Assembly: GCF_000002075.1 (NCBI RefSeq)
Contig: NW_004797501.1
Coordinates: forward strand, 925,684 to 989,683
Reading direction: 5' to 3'
Length of the DNA: 64,000 nt
DNA from: Aplysia californica
Taxonomy: Eukaryota
Shown here: one piece after another, positions 52,691-64,000 of the stretch
How positions within the stretch are numbered: position 1 is the first letter of the stretch
Layout: the number at the start of each line of letters is the position of its first letter
The notes under the pieces: model-generated
The model's input: only the letters and a program-made list of their open reading frames with translations
Told to the model about the DNA's origin: nothing
The model's database searches: none
Program-made: the position numbers and the translations under genes

Positions 52691-52798
52691 GGTCGTGGGT
52701 TCGAACCCCGGCCGGGTTAAAGAGAAGACTTAAAAATTGGTATTCTGGTAGCTTCCTCGCTTGACATCAGCATTCTGAGGTTAGTGCCAGGACTGGTC
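52691..52798 (+). mobile_element. MetaSINE-like fragment
   Basis: B box gggttcgaacccc followed by aagacttaaaaattggtatt..gcttcctcgcttgac.tcagcatt..ggactggt, resembling the Meta central domain. Confidence 0.55.
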
Positions 52799-53034
52799 TA
52801 CAATTTACCAATCTAAGGGGAGGGTTGTGGCTGTAGACGGAGGGAAGTCGTACAAAAATAAGATGAACTTACATAGCCTAGACCAATCACTAATCAGGCA
52901 TGAATGAAGTTCACACTGTCCGACATTGCATACTTTTTTTTCACCATCAGGCCAGTGTTCAGCACACTTCACATTTTCCTCGATAGATCCCATGACTACA
53001 TTGTTTACTTTTCAATGTGCATGTCAATATAGTA

Positions 53035-53825
53035 CAGTGGAAACCATATATAACAGGCCCGGTAATAACAGGGACCCGGTAATAACAGGGATTTTTTAAA
53101 TCCCCGATTTTTCTTACTCTTTGTCTCTATTAAAAGTTATCGGCAATAACAGGGCCTCATCGGAGCCCCACCGGTTATAGCAGGGACAAAGGCTCGTTAA
53201 CAATGTGTAAAAAGACAAAGAGAGAGAGAGAGAATAACGCAGTGATGGAGCAAGCCCATGCAAGACATGCCACTGCAAGCACACGCAGCGTGTGAAACGA
53301 GAGAGGGCTGCGGTATGCTGCAGACCTCGATCTAGCCCGAAACCTAGCAACACGCACGCGTAATATGTCACCAACGATGTCAAGCGCAAGAGAAAATGCG
53401 TTTCAATTGACAAAAAAACCAAAACGAAATAATCCAGGTTGTTGACAAAAAGCAAGCTCCACTGGCAGAGATTTGTCGTCAGTTCGACATTCCACAAGGG
53501 TCGATTCACACCATTATCAAGGATAGAGAGAAGATAGTAGCAGCATACTCCAATGCAAAGTCTGCTCTGGATCGAAAGAAGATGAGACTACCCGATGCAG
53601 ATGCTGTGGACCAAGCTCTTCTGATGTAGTTTAAGGAGGCAAGGAGAAAGCTGGTACCAAAACCCTGTTCGTGGGTACTTGTGGCAAAGGAAACTACCCA
53701 CGAATAAGTACAGCTGGATTAGTCCACAAATGCTTACTTTCTTTGCATTTCTGATTTAACAGGGATCGGATATAACAGGACATTTTCTCTACTCCCACCA
53801 CCCCTGTTATATCAGGTTTCCACTG
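53035..53825 (+). mobile_element. Tigger-like MITE with remnant transposase HTH
   Basis: TIRs cagtggaaacc..atataacagg / cctgttatatcaggtttccactg with TA flanks; remnant MSSARENA..EICRQFDIP..STIIKDREKI..DAVDQALLM*FKEAR. Confidence 0.85.
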
Positions 53826-54475
53826 TATGACATAAGGGCTGAACTGTTTGCTATAATAGTTCCCAACACCGGTTGGGAATAAGTAAATTCTACTATTCCT
53901 AACACCGGTTGGGAAAAAGCAATTTGTACTGTTCCCAACACTGGTTGGGAATAAGCACAGCCTTCCACAATAATGGCCAATGGGGCGGGGGTTCAGGGTC
54001 GCATGCCCCATATATTTCACTTGATGTTTTGCTACTAGATAGATGTCTAGAATCTATTAGTTTTAATATTTTTTCTTGAAATTAATTGAAAGTGAAAGCT
54101 ATTGATTTGGGTTTAATTTTAGTTTTTTTAGTGGTCTCATTGTATGTTATTGTTATGCAGCCAAAATATGGTGGTTTAGCCCCCAAAAGAACTTAAAAGT
54201 GCATCTGCATGTGGAAGTGAAAGTAAAATTTTATTGTTGCAGTATTATTTTACTTACACTCCTGTCTAATGCTGTGATGTTCACTTTTCTTGTTCATTTT
54301 GTCCGTTTTACAAATACTTCTGACTTAATTATATCCATTACAAATTATCAGTTTCTGGGAAACATAGCATGCAGACCAATTATGGCTGAGATCGCGACAG
54401 TTCCAAGGACACTGCTTATTATGACTTTTTTCACTTTGAGGGAGTAGTTATTCCTAAGGCTCAAATTTCAATATA

Positions 54476-54830
54476 CATTGGAAACCTGATATAACAGGGA
54501 TGGTGGGACCAGAGAAAAAAATCCTGTTATATCAGATCCCTGTTAAATCAGGAATGCAAGGGAAGTAAGCATTTGTGGACTAATCCAGCTGTATTTATTC
54601 ATGGTTAGTTTCCCTTGCCACAAGTACCCACGAACAGGGGTTTTTGCCATGTGGCAGGCCTGTGCATGACACATGACGCGAGCGTGTAGCTAGGCTTAGG
54701 GCTAGATCGAAGTCTGCCGTCCTCTCTCACTTCACCCACTGCGTGTGCTTGCAGTGGCGTGGCTTGCGTGGGCTTGCTCCATCCACTGACCTAAAAGTAT
54801 CTTTTTAGGTCAGTGGCTCCATCACTGCCT

Positions 54831-54879
<49 letters not shown>

Positions 54880-55076
54880 TCTCCCTCTCCGTTTCTTACT
54901 TTTTACACATTTTTATCGAGCCTTTGTCCCTGCTATAACCTATTGGACTCCAATGAGGCCCTGTTATTGCCGATAACTTTTAATAGAGGCAAAGAGTAGG
55001 AATAAAAGGAGATTTAAAAAATGCCTGTTATTACCTGATCCCTGTTATTACCGGGCCTGTTATATGGTTTCCACTG
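54476..55076 (-). mobile_element. Tigger-like MITE, inverted copy of the 53035 family
   Basis: Same TIRs with TA flanks; body is the reverse complement of both ends of 53035-53825. Confidence 0.85.
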
Positions 55077-55582
55077 TAATTTTCCGAATGTTTACAAAAT
55101 TCTAAAACACCCTGTTTGTACTTTGGGACATTTTTTTCTAGTTCTATTATATTGCTCTTTCATGCAAAACAAACATCTAAAATGAATCCCTCATACAGTT
55201 TTCCACCAGAATTGATGAAAAAACTTTTAATGATAGCATCAGACCAATTAAATTTTTTTCAGGCATTGTTGATGCCATAGTTCAAGTCAAACTGTGCCCT
55301 TTTTAAAAAATAGATTTTCCCATGCTTTGTGTAAGATATTCTCACAGCTCACTGGTTAGCATTCAACCGTTATTAAATCTAGTTACCAACCCAAGAGGTG
55401 GACAATTTTAGAGCACACCATCGTTGGGCAATAACCAGGCATGGCTTGCTCATTTAGCACAGTTTGGCAAAGCCGCCTGAAGTTTTAAGGCATAGATGTT
55501 GCGTAAAGCACACTCAAACAGAAGACAGAAGTAACCAGCAACAAATACTATTCAAATCTTTTATCAATACAAGATCTTTACT

Positions 55583-56237
55583 CTGTCCCCGTTGGATTAT
55601 GCGATTATGCGGCCGTGTTTTTTCGCGTAATTCTGCAACATTTGCATCATTTTGGATTCCCGTTCGTTTTTCCCCCTTTTTCACAAAATAATTAATTAAC
55701 GCCTCACCATGTGACTAAAGGGAAGTAATCACCGTAACAAGTCTCATTTAAATTTCCCTTGTTAGAAGATCTTGGTTATGGGTTGGGATTTTGTTCCTTT
55801 TGCATGTTCAATTTTTCAATCCGACAAAAGTTGTTGTTGTCATGTCTGCTGATGTTTCATGTTTGGCAGGTATCCCTGGTTTTAGTAATGGGCCAGCATC
55901 AGAGGTCCAGATGTCCTTTTTCTTTTTTTTTTTTTTACATTTTTCTTCCTCTATAGATCTAGATCTACAGCTGAAAGTTACAGAGATTAAAATTGTTGGT
56001 TGTTGTTTTTTTCTGACTGATATGTATTGTTTTCTTTCCAAATACACAACAAATTACTGATGCTATGTTCTGTTTTCAATTTTTCTGTACATAAAACATG
56101 AAAATCATGAAAATTCTTGTTGAAAATGTGCAAAACATGTCGCGAATGGTGTTACGGTAACTTGCTTAATTTTTGCATAATTTTTCATTTTTTTGCATAA
56201 TTTGGCCGTCTAAATTTGCATAATTCTTCAGGGACTG
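55583..56237. mobile_element. Non-autonomous TIR element with 6-bp TSD (hAT6-like)
   Basis: Ends ctgtcccc...gggactg flanked by TTTACT on both sides; subterminal ttatgc/gcataa repeats as in 30098-30278. Confidence 0.65.
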
Positions 56238-56709
56238 TTTACTGCATTTAAATAGACATTAGTAGTGCTGTGCTGGAAGTGTTATCACTGGAGTATGCCA
56301 TTCCTCTAATGCAGTATGAAGGAAGGTTCAAGAATGCATCTCATTTACCCAGCCTTTGACTGTCTTCGACATGTGAAAGCTTAATTGTGCATGCCTACTT
56401 ATTTAGAGACGCTGCCCCTGCCTACATGGGTCTCGTTTTTGACTTATACTAGTACTCATTCTTGTCAACAAGGGTTGATCCCTCATTCGCGCCCCCCCCC
56501 CCTCCCTTTTCCCCCCCTCTCCTTCTCTGCTTTCCTTGTGAACCAAAGCCAAAAGTGTTGAACGTTTAAATGTTGTGGTTTAAAAACACCCCATTATAAT
56601 TTGATATTTTCCAGATGTTTTATCTTTTGAGACGGTCTTTTCAATGCTTCCAGTTGATGGGGAAACTTTGACTGGGATAGTGGAGATACTGAGCTACTCC
56701 TTCTGAAAC

Positions 56710-56750
56710 ATGGCAGGTGCATCTGGGAAGACACCAGCACCAGCTATGAG
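56710..56750 (+). CDS. HDAC11: Histone deacetylase 11, probable first coding exon (exon ~56615-56750)
   Basis: aaacATGG context; MAGASGKTPAPAM-ag|gtctgt; phase 2 matches the next exon; acceptor ttttccag at 56614. Sequence not conserved, so assigned by splice phase only. Confidence 0.55.
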
Positions 56751-57046
56751 GTCTGTGAAAGATCCTTTTGTTGTCTCTTTGTGTAGATAGTTGTGATTAA
56801 CTCTTATTTGTAGCTTGCAACCAGTAAGCAATTCAAGCTCCTAGAGCCTAGCTGCAATAACAATTTGTGTGGCATTGTAGTGAAATCAGGCACTCGTCAA
56901 AATAATGGAAGCGAAGAAATCAACATTTTTTCACCCACCAATTTTGTATCAATTTTATTATATTCTTTTTTACACAAAACCTATTATGTCTATTTAAAAA
57001 CACATTTCTGTTGTGGATTTTTTTAAAAACCCTTTAATCTAAGGCT

Positions 57047-57402
57047 TCGGTGGCCTAGTGGGTAGGCTCTCGGACTCGCAACCGTAAGGTAGTGGGTTCG
57101 AATCCCGTCAGGGGGCCCGATGTTGTGTCCTTGGGAAAGGCACTTTACACGAATTTTCCTCACTTCACCCAGGTGGGAATGGTACCCAGCTATAGACAGC
57201 GAAAGATATTGTCAGTTTGTTAATGTTTGAGCGCTTAATCAGCTGCTTGCACTGTATGCTTCCCGGGAAGCTGAGAATGTTTCGGAGTGTTCTATGGTCT
57301 GCTGGGGTAATAATATAGTGTAAAGCGCATAGAGCCTGCTGTTGAGCGGGGATATGCGCTATACAAATGCTATTTATTATTATTTATTATTATTATTATT
57401 AT
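57047..57402 (+). mobile_element. Full-length tRNA-derived SINE (Deu/Nin-domain-like) with (TAT)n tail
   Basis: A box tggcctagtgg, B box ggttcgaatcc, gttgtgtccttgggaaaggcacttt, tgtatgcttccc..gctgag, tail gcgctatacaaatgctatttattatt; taaggct repeated at both flanks. Fragments at ~6760-6860 (-), 41760-41905 and 3929-3992. Confidence 0.85.
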
Positions 57403-57659
57403 TAAGGCTAAAAAAATGTAAATTTGCAGTTTCAAAGGACTCTGGTTTTGGAAGTCACCGTAATTTGATGGCAATTTTCTTTCTAATTTTACTTCTGATA
57501 TCAGGAGAACCACACTTATTTCAATCTAAAGGACTTCTATTCAAGACATATATGAGTATTTTTCTCCTTGAAAGAAAGACAATACATATGCCCAAAAAAT
57601 GACAAGCGCCTGATTCCACTGTGTCATAACATACGACGTGTTCTCAATTGATCTGAGGC

Positions 57660-60058
57660 TAGGCCTACTCAGGTCAGGCCCTGTATCTCGGACGGTTGGC
57701 TTCAGTATTGGAGGCCGGCCAGGTTCGGGGAGGGTCAATGTGAAAAGCGGCGATAGACAAGTGCGCTGGAGCGGTTGTTGGAGAATTCTCGCTCTGTTCT
57801 CGCTTGACTGGCCGACAGCGAACCTTGCTTAAATTCAATGCATTTTTGTTCTTGCTGCTTTTTTTTGTGAGAGTTTATTGCCTCTTATAAGAAAGGAAGA
57901 TCACATCAGTGACAGAGTGTATCTTTTCATCAACATAAAAATAAATTAGGTTTGCCTTTTACCATGAAAAACAGACCATGGCACACGAGAAGGATAACTT
58001 TTGTTCTTCACTTGCAACAAAAACAAGAGACATTGTTCTCATTCTACACATTTTAACAAATATGAAATAAAGTTAATTTGACACATACACACAAACACAC
58101 ACACACACACACACATATGCTCTTCAGATGGAGTGCATGAAACTGAACCCAATCAGCTGTTGATAAAAAACATTCTCTTACCTCTGAAAAAGTTACTGTT
58201 TGCATGATCCGGATGACAGCTTTGCAATTTTTTTCTTCGCCTGTCCTTCATTCCACAAAGCACTTTGCTTAGCAAATCTTTTCATGAAGATATTTGCTAA
58301 CCGCATCAGCGCACTCTTTGCGATAACAATATCAAGATGGAATATCGCAGGAAAGTCCCTCAAAATCGCCACTAATCAATTTTTGCAGTTTTTCAGTGGT
58401 TAAAAAAACAACAACCCAAAAAACAAGTAGGCCAGCAATGTGTCTCTGGAAAGTTACACACAAAGTACAAAATTTAATCTAAGTGGCTCCAGCATGTGAC
58501 AACATCTCTAGTGAAGCTTGGATGCCTGATGCACCTCATCATGTAACCTCTTTCACGTGGTCATGGGTATGGCGAACAACCGTAAAGTACATACGTGGAA
58601 AATGCAAAAACAGGGCCGTCTCGAGTTCTGCTGAGCAAGACAAATGTATTATAATCTTTGCTCTTTGCAACATTGCCAATGGCTGTCAGCTTCATTTCCA
58701 TTTTTTTTTTTGTGGGGGGGGGGGAGTGTTTTACTATGCTCGCAACTGCATAAGGTCATATGAGTGTGTGGGACACATGAAACTTTTTTCAGTTAGTAGG
58801 AAATTTTGAATTTTGCCAAAGCCTATTCTTAATAATTTTAGACCTCCAAGGGATCTTTAACGTGCACAACTTGCACAGGGGCCCTCCGAGATTTTCCGCC
58901 CTTGTCCGAGAAGGCTAGGTGTAGATCTTTCCTACCAGAAGATCAGGGGTGTAGCTGAAAGAAAGCAGTAAGAAGGAGCCAAGGAGTGGCAGAAGAAAGG
59001 CTGCAGAAAGAGTCAGGAGCCCAGAAAAGGAGGTGAGGGGGTGGGGGCAGAAAGAGGAGACGAAAGCAGACGACAGAACATTACCAGAGAGCAGGAAAGG
59101 AGGTGAAAGGAGACAATTTTAGAGAAGAAAATTTTTCGGTCGCTACCTGGATTCTAACCCGGCACCTTTGAATGAGAGGCCAACACCTTGACCTCAGGGC
59201 CACGAGAGCCCTCCTTTCCATTGTTTGATAAATGAATCGAACTTGAAGGCATCTCTTTCTTTGAATACGCTCATTTTTTAATTATCAACAGCTCAAGAAG
59301 AAGCTGAACTTTTTGTAGTTGCTCTCTTTTTTAGAGCTGGTGTGCCACAACATGATGGTGGTACTTCTGGAAATATTAATGGTGGCTCTGTGGGCAACAT
59401 AAATTTACCAGCCCGCGCCAAACGTACATCAGGTGGGAAGTTTACAGAGCAAACTCCCATGTAATCAGTGACATCTACGATTAATTTATTTGGGACACTC
59501 TTGACCCACTGTGTTTTTTTTCTGAATCTTTTCTCTTTCTTCCCATGTTCAAATGTTGCGCACACGATTCTTTGTGCTGAAACTGAGACATCAGCTGAAA
59601 ACTTTTTCACAGTAACAATAACATTCAATATGAAAGAAAACTAGAACCTGGGCTGAACACAAAAACACATAATATAAGGACAAATTTAATCCTTAGAATT
59701 AAGTGTAGTAAAAATACGTCCAAAGGAAAAGAACTTGTACATCCAAGATCTCTGAATGAACCAATGAAGAGGCTAGGAGATTAGACAGACTAGACGGCTA
59801 CACACTACACACTACACACATTACACTATCGGCAGGCAAAAGCATAATGCAAGAATGTTCCATCACCTGTATACATTATATTAGTATAAGAGCATCTGCC
59901 TATCGCCACTTTTCACTTTTAATTGCTGTTTTTCGCTTTGATCCTCGATAAGATAAGGACTAGTCTTGAGGCAAGCTTATCAAGATAAGGTCATCCAAAC
60001 CAGACTCCCATGCCGGAGCCAACCGTACGGGATATAGGGCCTGAACTGAGAAGGCCTC
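57660..60058 (-). mobile_element. Degenerate TIR DNA transposon with a THAP-like ORF remnant (59293-59628) and 10-bp TSD
   Basis: ~43-bp imperfect TIRs aggcctactcaggtcaggccctgtatctcggacggttggcttc / ggagccaaccgtacgggatatagggcctgaactgagaaggcct; GATCTGAGGC at 57650-57659 and 60059-60068; W...VP....VCSxxFP...P..PPxIF motif. Confidence 0.7.
58729..59211 (-). mobile_element. SINE family A copy nested in the THAP element
   Basis: Full head-to-tail similarity to 3644-4208 in reverse orientation. Confidence 0.8.
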
Positions 60059-60815
60059 GATCTGAGGCCATTCCCATCACATCAGGAAAGTTGATAAGCT
60101 TGTCAAAAAGTTTGCAGGTCAAATGCCAACAGTGCCCTGTTCTAGTATTACTAGTAAGGTCACAATTTCATAGCACAACTCTAGTAATTGACACGGTTAG
60201 GTTTTGTTATATTTCATTTCATAAAGGGGAAATTGAGCCCAGTCTTAAATTAACTACGTTTCAAGCCACAGCTTCAGGGTTGAAATTTGTTAGGAAATGA
60301 CTCACTCACTCTTAAGTATACCGTAGTAGAAAATGTGGAACCTACTTTTTCACCCTTCTTGTGCTTGATATAACTGTGAATGGATGTCTTGGCCCGATGT
60401 AGTCCTGCACCTGAGTAATACAAACACTCCTAGATGCCTCATGAAGTCAAGTCCACCAGCAGTGAGAAGGGAATCATCTGTTTTATGCTGTGCATTTTGT
60501 ATTCTATGCCTAGCAGAGGTCAGGTATGTTAAGATATATATATAGATCCTATTCTACTGTACTTTTATCAGCATCGTGGTTCTGACTGTAACTTTTTTCC
60601 CCTGTTCCTACCCCAGACAATGCCCTCACGCTACTGCAAATAACAACTTTTGAAGACCAACATCTGATTTAACATGGCGTTGAGCCGAAGAGCATGTGCA
60701 CGAAGGCTACTGGAATGACAGCTACAACAACTATAAGTATCCCAGACGGGGTGCCATTGATAAGTTAAAGAACTAGATATAAAGTTATTGTATTTTTTTT
60801 TTTCAAATTTTACAG

Positions 60816-60958
60816 ATGCAGGCAGTATGAAGCTGAAATTAAGCTTACACAGTGGCCCATCATATACAGTAGTGAGTACAACATAGGCTTCTGTGGATTA
60901 GAAAAGCTGCATCCATTTGATGCTGGAAAATGGGGTCGTATCTTCAACTTTCTTAAAG
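60816..60958 (+). CDS. HDAC11: Histone deacetylase 11, coding exon
   Basis: tttacag|a ... g|gtgag; CRQYEAEIKLTQWPIIYSSEYNIGFCGLEKLHPFDAGKWGRIFNFLK; GLEKLHPFDAGKWG is characteristic of HDAC11. Confidence 0.96.
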
Positions 60959-61176
60959 GTGAGATGAGTTTACTTTATAATTGTTTTTGTAAAACTACTT
61001 ATGATAATGAAATAGGCTGATGTGCAGTGCTATAATAAAGTAACTAGGATTTTGAGTTGTCTGTAAAAGCAGAGGGTAACCACCTGATAGTGTAGTAAGT
61101 GAGATTTGTTATATTTTTATCTTGAAATACTAGTTCTGAATTTGAGGCTGACATGCCTTATCTTTGAACACGTTTA

Positions 61177-62002
61177 CAGTGGAACTCTGATTCAACGAGA
61201 ACTTGAATTCAACGAGATGAGATAGATTCCTCGTTTTTTTTCTTCTTTAAAATCAATAAAAATAACCCGAATTCAACTAGCACTTACACCAGTGAGCTCG
61301 GATTCAACTAAGTCGCTTCCAGGGTGGACAGCCCCCGCAGACGTGGCTTTGCTAATTTTTCTCCCGGAACGAACTTTATCTATTCCCAGAAACCATCCAT
61401 TGCTCCTGCATCGTGAACCATTATTCACTTAACCGATTGCATGCGACCAATCAGTGGCCTTTTTTTATACCTACACATGCGTTGTTGACACGCGCACATG
61501 TCTTCTCGGGCGTGTGTCGGGGTCGGATGGGCAGCCTGCACACGTGTGGCTATGTGTGCGTGTCAGGGAGAGGGGGGGGCACTAGTGGTCAGGGCGTTAT
61601 ATAATAAGCGTCACAGATACAAACGCATCAATCTTTTTTTCTCCCTCAGCAACTGATCATCATTACAATGACAAGCTAGTCTCGACGTAGATCTATGTAA
61701 TGAATTGTGCGCTGGTCTATGGAATCAAAAGTTGCCGTATGCTAGGCTCTACACTGCAGCACAACTTTTTGGTAAACAATCGAGACGGCACAGGCGTGTG
61801 CATTTGAACGAATCGGTTTTATTTTTTTACACAGCTCATAATAATCAGGCATTTCAGGCACTACTTGTGACTTCTCTTTATACATTACTTGCTCAGTGCC
61901 TGTAATTATCTACACAAAACCTCATGTTTGCTATAACGAACTCTCGGATTCAACGAGATTCTAGGTCAGGCTCGGCGACCTCGTTGAATCCGAGTTCCAC
62001 TG
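61177..62002. mobile_element. Tigger-like MITE
   Basis: TIRs cagtggaactctgattcaacgag / ctcgttgaatccgagttccactg with TA flanks; a 3' end of the same family is at ~32245-32361. Confidence 0.8.
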
Positions 62003-62311
62003 TACTGTCTTACATGAGGTAAGATATGCTTTAATTGAGCCTTCTGTCTTGTAGTATTGTTGCAGTTGTTTTGAAGGATTTTATAACCTACAGTAAAGTC
62101 TGCTTAAATTGAAATCTTCGTGACAGTTGGGCTTCTTCGGTTTAGCAGTTTTTTCAGTTTAGAGAGGTTGCTCAGATAGCAAAGACAAATATCTGGGATT
62201 ATATCTGCTTTTGGTTTACTACTGTTAGTGTATTAACCGTGGTCAGTTTAACTGGACTCTACTGTAATTCCATAGTGAAGTATATGCCTTACTTTGTTGT
62301 TTTTTTATAAG

Positions 62312-62412
62312 ATGCTGGTATGCTGAGAGACGACACTATAATTGAACCAATGGAAGCGTCTGAAACAGAACTGCTATTGGTTCATACAAAACGCTACATC
62401 AGCAGTCTCAGG
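62312..62412 (+). CDS. HDAC11: Histone deacetylase 11, next coding exon (gene continues beyond the window)
   Basis: 101 bp, phase 1/0; (D)AGMLRDDTIIEPMEASETELLLVHTKRYISSLR|gtatgg (EAS..(D/E)LL.VHT.RY). Confidence 0.94.
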
Positions 62413-64000
62413 GTATGGTGAAACTGTCTCTCTTTACTAATATTTGAAAGGCCGCATGACAAAACTTCTTTTTGAGGTCGGTTTATTGATTGTTTGATTG
62501 ATCACTTAAAACTATTGTGAATAATAAGTTAGAAGAAATAAATGCTTTGTCACTACTGGTGGGAGCTGAGATGAGGCATTATGGTGGCAGTAGTTCTGTA
62601 CTTGAGCTTTTTATGAATGCTATTTTACCATGCTGCAATCTATTGTTGAAATGAGTGATCCTTCTGAAACTTAAGCATTTGAAATCTCCCTGCTTGAACT
62701 TACGAGTCTCCCTGCTTGCAGTTATTCTTTTAGGTCAAAGACAAACAATTGTTGTTGTTTTTTCTGAAAATATGAACTGCAGGATTTCCTCCTTGATAAA
62801 GATTTATCTTGCTAAACCTCCTTGTTGAATTAGTACCTGTGCATTTATGCCCTTGTTATCAGGGTGGGATCTTCCCCCTTTTTTTCTCTTCCTATTTTTT
62901 GGGGTGTTTATTTTAAGATGTCATTTTAAAAATACTCTAAATATTTGGGACTTGAAATGGGCACATAATTCAGCCTTGCAGAGATTTAGCAAAAGTCTTT
63001 TTATTCATCAACTCTCAACATACTTTGAATCATGTATTGTGTTGGATTTTTAAGTGCATGGTTGGTTTACAGTGAAGCCTGTCTCATGTTTTTACTTACG
63101 TACAATGCATGTAGTCTTTCATGTTTTAAATCTCTTTCCACTTAAATAGTATATTTTTACCACCCTTTCTGTCTACTTCATTCATTTTTGTGCATTTTTT
63201 TTACCATTGTCTTAAGCTTACAAATATTGTGGAGGGAATCAATGAGGTACTTATTGTTTTTGATTCTCAATTTCAGGCTTTTTTGTGCTTTGAAGTGTCC
63301 AATTTTCTTTTACTGCGTTTTTTTACCTTGTACATATTTTCATGTGTTCGGTCTGTTTTGTGAGAGTGGGGTCTGTGGAAGTGCTTTTGTCAGTGCATAT
63401 GTTTACTTTATAAAAAAAACCCAAGCAAAATAAGAATATGATTAAAAAGAATGGGTTTGTTTCAGATTCTGATATTCCCAGGATGCATGACTTCTTACAC
63501 CACAAAATCAAAGATCATGTATTATTAAGCAGATTATATGACTGGTTTGTATAACTCCCACTTTCCAACTTCTAGTTGGCTTTTTTTACAGCTTTTCTAT
63601 GAGCATCAAATGTGTTCTTTGGCTTTTGGCTTGATGTTATAGCGTACCTGACATACCAACCTGCAGATGAAACCCAGAGCATTGGTCGCGTTAATCATAT
63701 AACCAGGTGTTATGAGGCAGTACAAGACAAGTATTCATCCCATTGTCAACCTGTCTTGGTCCATAATGGGATCTTTAGAAACAATTGTAAACAGTCAAAA
63801 TGATTTGCCTTAACATTCTTGATCTTCGGTAAAAATGCATGCTCATCTCACCCATTCAGTTTGACCTCCAGATTTTATGCTTCAATCGGGCTTCTTTTCT
63901 CAAGCATATTATACTTGAATTGGTGACATATCTGGATGGGTTTGAAGTGGTTTGGAAGGGGTGTATGATATTCATAAATAACGGAACTTTGTTGTCATTT

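Noticed and set aside
53859-53952. CRISPR-like array of three palindromic 20-bp repeats (ttcccaacaccggttgggaa) with ~16-bp spacers
   Set aside because: Eukaryotic context, no cas genes, spacers short and similar to each other, and related units at 51323-51360; better explained as a minisatellite or transposon subterminal repeat.
57047-57115. Possible tRNA gene
   Set aside because: The A/B boxes continue into a SINE body and tail, with no proper cloverleaf or terminator.
60420-60765. Alternative HDAC11 5' exons (donor at ~60522, acceptor at ~60616)
   Set aside because: No open frame with a matching splice phase into the 60816 exon.

Overview
Repeat-rich eukaryotic genomic DNA with six N gaps, most likely from a gastropod mollusc because it contains the terminal exon of a molluscan hemocyanin (functional unit h tail). 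Host genes: (1) last exon of hemocyanin (+, 611-847); (2) a complete 8-coding-exon endonuclease V gene (ENDOV, -, 7580-18614, 381 aa) with an unusual ~120-aa N-terminal extension carrying a zinc-ribbon-like motif and a basic NLS-like patch; (3) an apparent bicistronic small-ORF locus on the - strand encoding the complex III assembly peptides SMIM4/UQCC5 (sloth1-like, 73 aa) and BRAWNIN/C12orf73/UQCC6 (sloth2-like, 78 aa), which appear to share one exon; (4) the 5' part of HDAC11 (+), probably head-to-head with SMIM4. Introns and intergenic DNA hold many, often nested, transposons: a frameshifted Sola-like transposase (two copies), a defective mariner, an open Tigger/pogo transposase ORF, Tigger-like MITEs, hAT-like elements with 8-bp and 6-bp TSDs, a Chapaev-like element, a THAP-bearing TIR element, RTE and CR1 LINE fragments and several SINE families. 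All gene and family calls come from manual translation and recalled motifs; no database search was run.
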